NCBI GenBank assembly: GCA_023920165.1
Contig: CP089275.1
Location: 124,001-188,000, forward strand
Length of the DNA stretch: 64,000 nucleotides
Source: Curvularia clavata
Lineage: Eukaryota
Reading direction: 5' to 3'
Each line of letters starts with the position of its first letter. The stretch's first letter is position 1. Position numbers and translations under genes: made by a program. This document shows positions 37,943-49,007 of this stretch, piece by piece. The notes beneath the pieces were generated by a model. That model was not told the origin of the DNA. It did no database searches and saw nothing but the letters and a program-made list of their open reading frames with translations.

Positions 37943-39784
37943 TTAGAAGGCAACGGCCTTCATACCACGCTTAGCAGGCATACTGGCCAGATCGGCACGA
38001 CGCACACGGCGCGAAGAAGTGAGGAAGCCGGCGGGGAACTGGACGGTTGCGTCGCCGGATTTTTCTTCCTTCTGTTGTTCCTCAGCAGATGCCTTCTCCT
38101 TATCGTCCTGGGCAGCCTTCTCGTCAGCGGCATCCTGCTTGGCTTTTTCCTCGGCAGCAGCGTCTTGCTTAGCCTTCTCCTGCTCAGCGGCTTTCTCGTC
38201 GGCGGCATCTTGCTTAGCTTTTTCTTGCTCAGCCTTCTGATCAGCAGCTTCTTGCTTAGCCTTCTCTTTCTCGGCAGCCTTCTCATCGGCGGCGTCTTGC
38301 TTGGCTTTCTCGTCAGCAGCGTCTTGCATGGCCTTTTCCTTTTCCGCAGCCTTCTCGTCAGCAGCATCCTGCTTAGCCTTTTCCTTTTCAGCAGCATCCT
38401 GTTTGGCCTTTTCCTCAGCAGCCTTCTTGTCGGCCTCGGCTTGCTTCTTTTGTTCCTCTTCGGCGGCCTTCTTGTCGGCTTCCTCCTGCTTGGCTTTTTC
38501 CTTCTCAGCAGCCTTCTTGTCAGCCTCTTCCTTCTTCTTGGCTTCTTCCTCTGCCTTCTTCTCCGCCTCAGCGGCCTTCTTCTCCTCTTCCTTTGCCTTC
38601 TTTTCCGCTTCCTGCTGGGCCTTCTTCTCTTCCTCAGCTGCCTTCCTGTCAGCTTCCTCCTGCTTCTTCTTGTCAGCTTCAGCCTTCTGCTTCTCCTGTT
38701 CGGCCTTCTTCTTTTCCTCTTCGGCAGCCTTCTTCTTTTCTTCCTCAGCCTTCTTCTTCTCTTCCTCAGCTTTCTTCTTGGCTTCTTCCTCGGCCTTCTT
38801 CTTCTCCTCGTCCGCCGCGCCAGTGGCCGCAGGCTTCTCGGTAGTGGAAGCAGTCGCCGAAGCAGTCATGTTCGCAGCGCCAGTAGACTCCGCCCCTTGG
38901 GGCATGATCAAAGAGAAGCTTTCGGTAACAATGGGCGCGGGTGGTGCGACCTCAGTCTCGTTCTTGCCACCAGCTGGGGGCATTGCAGCATGAGGAGGTG
39001 GAGGCATCTCAGCGGGTACGTGAGGCATCTTCGCCGGCATCTCAGCCGGTGGTGGAGGGTGGGGCATCTCAGCAGCAGGTGGTGGTGGCGGAGGCATCTT
39101 AGCAGCGGGTGGTGGAGGGGGAGGTGTCTCAGCAGGCGGTGGAGGTGGCACTTCAGCGGCGGGAGGGGGTGTAGGCATGACATGTGTAGGCATGGGTGCC
39201 GCACTCTCGTGGGGCATGGCAGCAGGTGGAGGTGGTGGTGGAGGAGCAGCCGTGGCAGCAGGAGCCTCTGTCATCATAGCCCTGGAGATGCTGGCCATTT
39301 CTCGAGAAACATGCATAGCCTCCATGGCGTCGGCCGATGACTTGTGGGCGGCGTCCTTTGCCTTTTCAGATGCAACATGCATCGATTCCATAGCATCAGC
39401 TGACGCCTTGTGGGCCGCATCTTTGGCCTTCTCAGACGCAACGTGCATTGATTCCATGGCTGCGGCAGCTTCCTGGTGCTTCTTTGCCTCTGCCTCTGCC
39501 TTTGCGGCATGCTCTGCTTCCATCTTCGCGGCAGCCTCTTGGTGAGCCTTTTCTCTGGCCGCCGCTTCAGCTGCATGCATGGATTCCATGGCATCAGCAG
39601 CAGCTTTTCCAGGGTCTACTGCTGGTGCTGGTGCAGGCGCAGCCGCACCAGGATTCTCCGTTCGTGCCATGACGCGAGTAGGGTTGAATTTGGCATCCGG
39701 CGCCAGCTGAACGTTCCTTGGAAGGGGACCGGCAGCCACGGCCGCTGCCGAAAGGAGAGTGAGAAGTGGGTAAATGGTCTTCAT
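37943..39784 (-). CDS. Secreted low-complexity Pro/Ala/Glu/Lys-rich repetitive protein
   Basis: Signal peptide MKTIYPLLTLLSAAAVAA; AMESMH repeats, polyproline blocks, KAKQDAADEKAAE coiled-coil-like repeats; 613-aa open frame. Confidence 0.85.
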   Translation of the reverse strand: MKTIYPLLTLLSAAAVAAGPLPRNVQLAPDAKFNPTRVMARTENPGAAAPAPAPAVDPGKAAADAMESMHAAEAAAREKAHQEAAAKMEAEHAAKAEAEAKKHQEAAAAMESMHVASEKAKDAAHKASADAMESMHVASEKAKDAAHKSSADAMEAMHVSREMASISRAMMTEAPAATAAPPPPPPPAAMPHESAAPMPTHVMPTPPPAAEVPPPPPAETPPPPPPAAKMPPPPPPAAEMPHPPPPAEMPAKMPHVPAEMPPPPHAAMPPAGGKNETEVAPPAPIVTESFSLIMPQGAESTGAANMTASATASTTEKPAATGAADEEKKKAEEEAKKKAEEEKKKAEEEKKKAAEEEKKKAEQEKQKAEADKKKQEEADRKAAEEEKKAQQEAEKKAKEEEKKAAEAEKKAEEEAKKKEEADKKAAEKEKAKQEEADKKAAEEEQKKQAEADKKAAEEKAKQDAAEKEKAKQDAADEKAAEKEKAMQDAADEKAKQDAADEKAAEKEKAKQEAADQKAEQEKAKQDAADEKAAEQEKAKQDAAAEEKAKQDAADEKAAQDDKEKASAEEQQKEEKSGDATVQFPAGFLTSSRRVRRADLASMPAKRGMKAVAF

Positions 39785-41769
39785 TATGAATTGTCGATTT
39801 AGTGTGTTCTGTTTTTTCCTGAAAGGACTGGAAGTGGGCTGTTGAGTCTCGGGGTATTACAAGGATAGAATGAGAGAATGAAGAGCACAGCTCAACAATG
39901 ATTAAAAGTAATAGTGCTCGGCACTGTTGAAAAGAAGGTAGAGATTGGAAGACAACTTAGTGAAAGGGATGACCAAATCTGTGAGGTGCTGGGCCGCTTG
40001 CACTATATGTACTGTGGCTCACACCAAGCCTATAGTACGGAATCGGAACATGTATGCAAAAGTAAAAACATTATGTGGAGTCAGTGTAAACTTGGAAGTG
40101 TTTGATATCGGCCTCCTGGCCTCATTCACTGCATGGTGATGATGCCTTCAGGTTCCTAGGCGACCAGATAGGACGACAACAAGGCGATCTCCCCACCTTT
40201 CTCCAACACCTACAGCTGCCACTTTGCCGTCTGGGCGCATCCGGGAATGCTTGGCGTGGACGTACTGGAGGAAAACCCATGTGCTCAGTGAGGCGCAGGG
40301 CGAAGAGGACCAATCAGAGACGTGGAATTTCCACAACAAGCACAAGCGCACAAGTTCGGCGGTGGAGGTCTTGGCCTAACAGGAAATGTCGGAGAATGCG
40401 TAGGAAATCCGGGTGCAGGATTATTGCAGTGTTGAGGCTCCAAGGATCGATCTCGCTAAGTATATGCGTGTCAAGGATGTGAGGCGAATATAGTTTCAAC
40501 GTCCCGGAACAGGTAACGGCCAACCTATATTGCGAGCCTCGAACCCCAGGCCCAAGCCACGTTCTTGGTCAGAGGCTGATGTGATGTCAGGAACTGCAAC
40601 CTGTGGAGCTGCCAAAAGGGCCTTCAAATCCACGTTCGCGTTTGCAAAACTTCTCGTTGGAGGGTGCCTGGTTTCAGCGCAGGCCACACCGCCGGCTGCA
40701 ACCTCATCCGACGTCAGGCAGTAGACACGCCAAGAGCCAATGATGGTTTGTTTTCCATCATTGTTGGGCTGTCTCACGCGCTGAGCTGGAATGATCAGGA
40801 AACAGACACCATGTTGTCGCGAAGTATATGTGGTGCGAGTATAGGTAGCTGTGATGGCCTTTGTCGCATCGCAGTAGGAAGCAGGTTTGGCGAATACACA
40901 ACCTGTAGATAGTCTTCTCCTCGTAGCTTTATCATAGGAAGTGTCGAGGTCGCGCGCTGTGATCGTTGAACACAGCAGTGGTGGCCTTCACTCTGGACGC
41001 ACGAGCCTCATGCAAAATGGTGCCATGCCTACCATATACGGGATCGATCCGAACTTTGTTAGCACGCAACAAAGCATGAAGTTTTATTTCTTCGGGAACA
41101 AACGAGGATTCATGCGCGGTAGGGTTTCCAGCTTCCGTGTTCACCACCAGCCCTGTCGTCTGCCAAACAATCAAGGGTGTCTGGGGATGAAAGATGAAAA
41201 AATAGTACACCCCGAAACCATGTTCTTAGTTGTGCTCGAGAGTGATTCCCTCCTGTTTCTGAGGCTTTGTAAGCTTCAGTGAATTCATACAGAGGCACAC
41301 TGTGATGAAACCAGTAATGCAGGAATGGATGAATCTCTAGTCTTAGGTAAAGTATTGAGCAAATCGTGTTGCCTGGATCGATAGCGGGGTGTTAACAACA
41401 CACTTTTTCTCTTCCGTGTGCCTTGCTGAATTGAAAGGCTCCTGGTTCTTTCTCTCAGTGCAAATCGTGACAGTGACAGTGCTCCTCAAACTTCGTAGCA
41501 GTCTGGCGATTCCTTTGGGAAACATACATCCTGTGCCTTCAATCTGCATGAAGTCTCTGCTACCGGTCGCTATGAAAGCTTTCCCGATGTAGTGTTTGGT
41601 TTTAGGCATGAACCTGGGAGAATTCCTCGGCGAAGCGATCAATAACATCGATTGCTCCGGCGGTTGATCATGCTCGAGCCTTTAGGAGCGAAATCGTGTA
41701 TCATCTGCCCATTAGTCTTACCATAGACGTTGCAAACGTTCAGTGAACACAGATTGCTCAATTGATAGC

Positions 41770-43776
41770 CTAGATAAACTCGAAAATTTGCTGACGGTCG
41801 TCCGTCAAACGTCCATCCTTGAACAGCTCGCCATCCATCATCCCATAGATGAAGCTGCCTCCAACTATCTCATGATGCTTTCCTGATGGCCGTATGATTG
41901 CTGGCCATGGACAGCCTGCAATAATGGAAATTTGATCCCCTACCAATGTGTCATAACTTGCAAAGCCTGTATAACCCTGCTCGGTGATTATTATAGCTTT
42001 TTTTCTAGTCCATTTCCCGATGTGTATTCTTATGCTCTCAAGATCGGTGGCTTTTGAAGGGATCCGCCAATCTATGTCCGCTAGAAAAGAGTTGGGGTAT
42101 GTTTGGGACCCCCAGAAAGATGCCATACGTTGTTGTGGTGTCATCCGAAGGAAGTGGCTATGGTCCCGGGCACTCTTATAGGGCTCAACTAGATGGTCAA
42201 TGGCTCCAGTAAATTTTGCAAATTGTAAACTTGTCGAAATGTCTTCTGGTACAGATTTGAAGATATCGACAAGGTTGTGCTCATGAATAAAATTATCGAA
42301 TCGCTGGTTAAATGCCCCCCGTTCCATGCCGCACTTCAATATCCAGTGTAAAAACGCGCGACTCATGTGTAATGAAAACCTGCGTCGCAGGATGTCGACA
42401 GTTGGGTGTTTGAACATATTGCAACAAAGAACCTGGAGAAACGTCGCACCCGTGGGATGAGGCATAGTGACATAGGACCCGATGAAGTTGCATAATACAT
42501 CAGACGCCTCATTTTCCGGTGAGAATCGGAAAACCGATTGAACAGTATCCACTGTGCATCCAGAAGTCCGAAGTAGAGAAGGACAACTTGTGGGGTGGAT
42601 CCTCGCACTCCACCCCCTACTTTCATGTACACCAGTGCGATCGCCAGTTTTTGAGGCGGAGTCGACGTTATCTCGAAAGAAGTTGGGCGTCCAAGACGGG
42701 AGATCCGGCACGTGTGGATCGACGGTATTACGTGGAAATTGCCGAAGGTAGAGCTTTCCGCTTTCTGCAGCCAGATTCCGAACTAAGTCTGCAAACACTA
42801 GAGCCACTAGCTTATCGTAGTCGACAGTAATAGACACGGTTCCACGGTAGATTCCCAACACGCCGTAAATCTTGTCGCGAGGATCCGTTACTCGACAAAA
42901 TTGCAAACGTGATACTAAGGATACCAGGTTCTCGAAATCTGTCGTTATCAGCCGGACCACTTGAGGTATCCAGCGAATTCGAAGCATGTCGGACATATTA
43001 TGGAATGACTCTGTCCACTCGCTGGCCAGAGCTTTGATGGTGAAATTCAGCATAGCAAATGCAATCACCAAATTCAATGGGATGGATGCAGAGCCAGAAA
43101 GGAGCAAAACTTTGGGAGAGAGGATCAGTTCTTGCTGAACCCACGTTCTCCACCAATAGCCTCGACGACATACCTCGTGGAAGTCGTTGAGATTGAATTC
43201 GTTCATTGTCAACTTGCCACTCCGGATATCTTCGAGAACCCTATCTTCGCCTCGATAACGTTTGTTTTCGCGGACGTTTTCACTCGTTCTGATGGCGAAA
43301 TAGTCAACATCCTCAACGAACTTGCCGAAATCTCCAAGGAAGCTGCGAAGAAACTGGAAAGTGCGTGTAGCACTCCCTCCGTCGTCCTCTCCCAGCCATG
43401 CGTACGTCAAGGTTGTGTTGGAGTACAGTCTGCCCATCATAGCCACCTGGATGTTCTTTTCGGCAACGTCACGTTGGTTGATGCACAGCCCGTCGACCCA
43501 GAGGATGACTTCTGAGTGAGTGGTACGAATGCGCCGCAAGGCCGCTTCGAGATTGGAGGTAACTTGAAGTTCGGTGCTGTTGACGATAACAGACTTGGTG
43601 ACGTTGGGATTACCCCATTCGTATGACAGAGCATTGTATGATGGTTTGTCAATAAGGCTGGCAGTGAAGAGCTGACACGTGATGATGCTGTGAAAATCGT
43701 CGCTCGGCTGTATACGAAGCAGGCGGAATTCCTCTCTGATTGTGTTAAGCGGCTGGTAAAGGGCGCTGTCAACCAT
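41770..43776 (-). CDS. HET-domain protein (HET-6-like)
   Basis: YNALSYEWG, VTSNLEAALRRIR, LWVDGLCINQ.D..EK..QV..M..LY, YWWRTWVQQE, TDPRDKIYGVLG, C-terminal GDQISIIAGC..P.IIR and YGMMDGE. Confidence 0.92.
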   Translation of the reverse strand: MVDSALYQPLNTIREEFRLLRIQPSDDFHSIITCQLFTASLIDKPSYNALSYEWGNPNVTKSVIVNSTELQVTSNLEAALRRIRTTHSEVILWVDGLCINQRDVAEKNIQVAMMGRLYSNTTLTYAWLGEDDGGSATRTFQFLRSFLGDFGKFVEDVDYFAIRTSENVRENKRYRGEDRVLEDIRSGKLTMNEFNLNDFHEVCRRGYWWRTWVQQELILSPKVLLLSGSASIPLNLVIAFAMLNFTIKALASEWTESFHNMSDMLRIRWIPQVVRLITTDFENLVSLVSRLQFCRVTDPRDKIYGVLGIYRGTVSITVDYDKLVALVFADLVRNLAAESGKLYLRQFPRNTVDPHVPDLPSWTPNFFRDNVDSASKTGDRTGVHESRGWSARIHPTSCPSLLRTSGCTVDTVQSVFRFSPENEASDVLCNFIGSYVTMPHPTGATFLQVLCCNMFKHPTVDILRRRFSLHMSRAFLHWILKCGMERGAFNQRFDNFIHEHNLVDIFKSVPEDISTSLQFAKFTGAIDHLVEPYKSARDHSHFLRMTPQQRMASFWGSQTYPNSFLADIDWRIPSKATDLESIRIHIGKWTRKKAIIITEQGYTGFASYDTLVGDQISIIAGCPWPAIIRPSGKHHEIVGGSFIYGMMDGELFKDGRLTDDRQQIFEFI

Positions 43777-44250
43777 TGGAGTAGTCTGACGTGTGGAGAA
43801 AGTATCAGATGTTGATGTTTGCACGGAGGGTGCACATTCAGCTCTTGGCTGCCCAGATATGCTAGCTGCCTAACATGCCTGGCAGATGACCATCTCAATC
43901 TTGGCATGAATCGTTTCCTACAGTCAGTCTCAAATACTGAAATGAGTGCCAGCATATCTATGAGTATCCAGAAACCTATCGCGCAATTCAGATAAGCATG
44001 CTCCAAATGGGTATGCTGAAGAGGCGGAAGAAATGAAGAGAGTAAGGTCAGGTTGGCGGGTGATAAGCGTCCCACAAAATACGCATGCGTTCTCTCCTTG
44101 ATGGTCACACCTATGACATCCGCTTCGACGTCTCCGACAGCTTTTGACCTCTGTGTTTTGTGAGAGATAGCAATATTTTCCGTCTGAACATCAGACCCTC
44201 TACGAAAAGTGAAAGGCCGAGCTTGATGTGATCTGGCTCGACATTCCAAG

Positions 44251-45008
44251 ATGCCCATCCACATCTGCCCCGCAACTCCCTCACTCGCGCCCCGCCTTGC
44301 CAGCATTCACGTATCAGCCTTCTCGTCCAACCGCCTCATGCGTGCCATCTATCCTACGACAGCAATCTGGGCAGCGTTTGAACGCGCTGTGGAAGAGAAG
44401 GTGATTGCCGACATGCTAGATGAGAGGACGAGTGTTATAGTTGCCCGTTCGACGGGGCAGAAGGAAGAAGAGGACGAGGGAGAGATAGTCGGATTTGCAG
44501 TATGGTGTCATGCTTCTGCAACGAAAGAGGAAGAGAAGAAAAGCCCCGACGGAAGTGCAGAGGCATATACAGCACCGGCTTGGAATCTACCTGAAGGAAC
44601 GGATTGGGATATCTTGAATGCGTGGAGAGCTGCAGCAGCCAAGACAGCTGAAATGGTTGTCGGAGATGGACGGTATTATGGTGAGTGCACTTGTCCGCCA
44701 CCTGCTTTGCTGATTCTCGCCCCCAATGTGATGACACAAGGACCTAATCATTGGCAATGTCGCTCCCCACAGAGCTCTCCTGGATCGCCGTATCCCCGGA
44801 CCATAGTCGCCAAGGCGTGGGTAGAAAGCTGCTTAGGTGGGGCCTCGACGCGTGTGACAAGCAACATGCCCCAGCATATTTGGAGAGCACCGTCGAGGCC
44901 GCGGAGGCTTTCTACGCAAAAGCGGGGTTTAAAGAAAAGGGGCGGATCCAATTGGTTGTTAAGGGGGAGCTGTACGAGGAGGTTGCTTGTCTGTATGAGC
45001 CTGAGTAG
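44251..45008 (+). CDS. GNAT-family acetyltransferase
   Basis: Intron 44681-44772; exon 2 has motif A VSPDHSRQGVGRKLL and AYLEST...FYAKAGF. Confidence 0.9.
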
Positions 45009-46178
45009 AGGGCTTGTCACTGCCCGCAGTATCAACGACGGATATGCGACTCCCACAACTAGGATGGATCAGCAAGTCATGTACCCTCAACCGCTCACGA
45101 GATGTACAAAATTCGTATGGCGATGCGGTTCTCGCTAGGAACAGGGTCTCCTGTGGCTTCGTTCGGGATCGCCTTTTAGAGTGCGCCGGGACGCGCCACA
45201 AGATGCGTCATGGGCATACTAGCGGAACAGCATGCCCGAAATGGATCCAGGGGTTGAGTTCCCATTGGTATGCTGCCGTGAGTGGATGGAGGAAGATGCT
45301 TGATCTCGCCAGGTACCACATTTACAGATCGTCAGCATGCAATTTTCGCTCTGATCTCGTCATCCATTGACGATCTCTGCCAATAAAGTTTCGTCGTCTC
45401 ACATGGGTCGCAAATCTGCACACGGATGGCAATCTGCAAGCTCCCAAGTACCATTAGGGTTCAACGGCAACCGTCAACCGTAGCGAGCTCGGTGCAAAGA
45501 ACTGGCGGTCACGAGTACAGTGTGGTATAGTAATCCGGGCACGGGCACGTCGCAGAGAAGTCATGGTCGGGGGCTCTGTGGATCCAGTCGTGATTCTAGA
45601 GCATGCTCCAAGCTGCCAGCGACACCGGGACGGATTCAGGGAGCACCACTCCTGGAGGTCGCAGGCCCCACGGGGACTCGCGTCGAGTCGGGGAGAGGGC
45701 GCATGTGCCGGCGAGAGTGGTTGTGGTGGATAGTTTTTTCTAGAGCACCACGGAAGTAACGGATTTTAGCCTGTCTGACTGGTGGCGCTGGCGAATCAGC
45801 GAATCCATGACACACGGATTCCCGCTTTTATCCGAGGCCGTTGCATCACAGACGACGACTTGGGACTCCAGCTTGCCATCCGACTTCTTCTTTCGGGGCT
45901 TCTCACGCCTCGCTACCATTCCATGGCCCGTTCAATGGATCCACCGCCAGGTCGCGACCAAGACGCACTGGTATTTTTAGCCCCGCAGACGGGCTATAGG
46001 CGCCTTGGGCCATGAGGTAACGCCGACGTTCGACTCACTGCCCAAGCCCAGGCGTTTCTCACTACCCAAGACGACAGCTCTGTTATATGCTCGACGGCTC
46101 CTCTCCTCGTCCCCTGGGCTACATCACTCTCACTTGATTGCTACTTTCCTTTCACGGGCGTCCCTTCACATCCCCGCA

Positions 46179-48215
46179 ATGGAACCCACATCGTCGCATC
46201 CGTCCGACCACCAACAGAACGAACACGGCCCCACAGATCCAGCACCCTCAGTACAGCCCGAGCAAGCGACAGGCCGTGCGCGAGTGCGCTTCAACAGCTC
46301 GGCCAATGTTGAAGTCCCTATTTCTCCCCAGCAGTCGCACATCCACGAGGGTGTCGACGATACTGGTGCGGGAGAAAACACGGTTGACCCTCATGCCGCA
46401 GTCGCCGAAGAGCTGCTAAATGCACACAATCTTCGTCTAGCGCATGCCGAAGCTGCGCACGCAGAACCGCCAAGTCCCATCGACTCAGAGGATGGCTATG
46501 CCGTCACAGGAAACAACAATGGAGGCATCTTCTATCAGATCTTGCAGACCTACAAGACCCCTGTACCAGCCTACCCTAACAACTCGTCCGAACACATCAA
46601 CAACACTCCACCCAATCTTGGTACCTCTTCGGGCGCCAACACACCAAAGCGGAAATGGTACAATGCCAACAAACCCGTCCAGTCGACTGATACACTGGCT
46701 ACCCTGATCGGTGCCTCAGCCAAACTGGCCAACCCTACGGACGAAAAGAAAGACCCTGCTCTGCGTCCACGCCAACACAAGCGGACAAACAGCGGCGGCA
46801 TTGTTTCCAAGGTCTGGAAGGCCAAGGAAGACCAAGATGCAAAGATTAAGATTCACGTCGCCAACATTCTCAAGCGACAGCAGTACATCATCCGCATGTG
46901 CCGCGCTCTCATGCTATTCGGAGCACCCACGCACCGTCTCGAGGAATATCTGGCCACCACGGCGAAGGTCCTTGAGATTAACAGCCAATTCCTCTACATT
47001 CCCGGCTGCATGATTATCTCCTTCGACGACAACCTCACTCACACCGCCGAAGTCAAGATTGTGCGCACGTCCCAGGGTGTCAACCTGGGCAAGCTCAAGG
47101 ATACGCACGAGATCTACAAAGAGGTCCTCCATGATGTCATCAGTCTGGACGAAGCTCTTAACCGCCTCGACACCGTCATCAACGCAAAGGATCGTCATCC
47201 TGTCTGGCTGAACGTCATCATGTATGGTTTGGCCAGTGCGGCTGTTTCCGTCTTCTTCAAAGCACGCTTCATTGACATGCCTATCATTCTCGCTCTCGGC
47301 ATGATCCTAGGCGTGCTCCAGCTGGTAATTGCACCTTTGTCCAAGACATACAGCACCGTTTTCGAGATCTCGGCTACTATTCTCATGAGTTTCCTCGCTC
47401 GTGCTTTTGGTAGTATCAACAACGGAAACCTCTTCTGTTTCTCGGCTATTGCACAGAGCGCTATCGCATTGATTCTTCCCGGATGGCTGGTCCTTAGCTC
47501 TGCCCTCGAGCTCCAGTCCCGTGCGATTGTACCTGGCTCCATTCGACTCGTGTTTGCCATCATCTACTCTCTCTTCCTTGGATACGGCATCACTGTCGGT
47601 ACGGCCATTTATGGTGCTATTGACAGCAACGCCACCGATTCAACCCAATGCAAGGAGCCACTGAACCCGTACTGGAACTTCCTCTTTGTTCCTCTATACG
47701 TCTTCTTTACGACATTCACCGTCCAAGCAAAGTATAAGCAAATGCCTACCATGATTATTATTGCATTTGCTGGATACCTAGTCAATTTCTACGCCAGCAA
47801 GAAATTTTCGTCCTCTGCTCCGATCGCGTATACATTTGGCGCCTTTACCGTCGGTGTCTTGGCCAATCTCTACAGTCGACTGCGTCACGGAGTAGCCGCT
47901 GCTGTTCTTCTGCCTGCCGTCTACGTACAGGTCCCCGGATCTCTCGCATCGAGCGGCAGCATCAACTCGGCTCTGAAGACTGCATCAGCTTTGATCAAAG
48001 GCTCATCTGCAGCAGCTGATGTACGTTACTTGTTACCATCTGATATCGCCATCTCTAACATAAATCAGGCAACTACCGACAGCTTGAACGCCATCGTCTT
48101 CAACGTCGCAGCTTCTATGATCCAGATTGCCATTGGTATTACTGTTGGCTTGTTCATGGCCGCGCTCCTCGTCTACCCCATGGGTAAACGACGAAGTGGC
48201 CTCTGGACTCTGTAG
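46179..48215 (+). CDS. DUF1212/ThrE-family membrane protein (Prm10-like)
   Basis: CRALMLFGAPTHRLE, FLYIPGCMIISF, ALILPG, ALELQSR, VQVPG, YPMGKRRSGL; in-frame 48-nt intron 48021-48068. Confidence 0.92.
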   Translation: MEPTSSHPSDHQQNEHGPTDPAPSVQPEQATGRARVRFNSSANVEVPISPQQSHIHEGVDDTGAGENTVDPHAAVAEELLNAHNLRLAHAEAAHAEPPSPIDSEDGYAVTGNNNGGIFYQILQTYKTPVPAYPNNSSEHINNTPPNLGTSSGANTPKRKWYNANKPVQSTDTLATLIGASAKLANPTDEKKDPALRPRQHKRTNSGGIVSKVWKAKEDQDAKIKIHVANILKRQQYIIRMCRALMLFGAPTHRLEEYLATTAKVLEINSQFLYIPGCMIISFDDNLTHTAEVKIVRTSQGVNLGKLKDTHEIYKEVLHDVISLDEALNRLDTVINAKDRHPVWLNVIMYGLASAAVSVFFKARFIDMPIILALGMILGVLQLVIAPLSKTYSTVFEISATILMSFLARAFGSINNGNLFCFSAIAQSAIALILPGWLVLSSALELQSRAIVPGSIRLVFAIIYSLFLGYGITVGTAIYGAIDSNATDSTQCKEPLNPYWNFLFVPLYVFFTTFTVQAKYKQMPTMIIIAFAGYLVNFYASKKFSSSAPIAYTFGAFTVGVLANLYSRLRHGVAAAVLLPAVYVQVPGSLASSGSINSALKTASALIKGSSAAADVRYLLPSDIAISNINQATTDSLNAIVFNVAASMIQIAIGITVGLFMAALLVYPMGKRRSGLWTL

Positions 48216-48353
48216 AGTATACGTTTTGTTTTGTTCTGTTTTGCATAGCGACACGGCGTCCAGGAACCCAAAAAAGGAGGCGTTTTGGGATATTTGCATG
48301 CTAATCATTCTGTAGTTTTGAACACTCCCACGTTCAAATCGGGTCGGAGCTTC

Positions 48354-49007
48354 ATGGCCATGCGTGGTGTCGAGGTGAAGTGTGAAGGTAAGCCCCATTG
48401 CAGCTCGCACTCCATTCCAAGCGCAACTTCGGAGTGATCTGCAACCGCCTTGCGACAACCATCCCGGTAGCCGTTGCGACACATACATTCCTCCACCTGG
48501 TAATCCCTAGAGCCTTTGCGCCATATACCTCCCGGTTACCCTGCCTCTTACATCCACCCGGTCATTCCCAAACCCCTGGAATCCTTTGTGCCTCTGGACC
48601 CTTCCTCGGACCCATTCCCGGACCTGTTCCCGGAACCCTTCTACACACGCCCTGGATCCTTTCGTGAATAGCCCTCGCACATTTGGTTTCTCATCCGGAA
48701 TAAACGCCAGGCAGCTTTCCCTCCTCCCTCCGCCATCTTATTACTACTAACTATAGGCCATTACATCCACCGACTGCTACTTATATCATGCCATCCAGCC
48801 GATCCCTTTTGCCTATACCGCATCCCGAGCAGCATCCAACCCATGTCTCGTTTTCGTGCTCCTCGTCCTCCGCGTGTGATGCTTCTTTTATGTTCAGGAA
48901 GCTTTGCACGTAGAGGAGAGGAAATTTATACCCATATCTGTGATGAATGTTATGACTTGATGTTTTTGACAATGGGAATACTAACCTTTATTTTGCATGA
49001 CGGATAG
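48354..49007 (+). CDS. Possible 94-aa spliced small protein
   Basis: ATG exon 48354-48387, GTAAGC donor, TACTAAC-TATAG acceptor at 48756, then an open frame to TAG at 49007. No homology recognised. Confidence 0.25.

Noticed and set aside
38075..39340. Long antisense ORFs over the repetitive protein
   Set aside because: By-product of biased repeat codons.
40100..41700. Several ~100-aa ORFs between the repeat protein and HET genes
   Set aside because: No recognisable homology or consistent exon structure.
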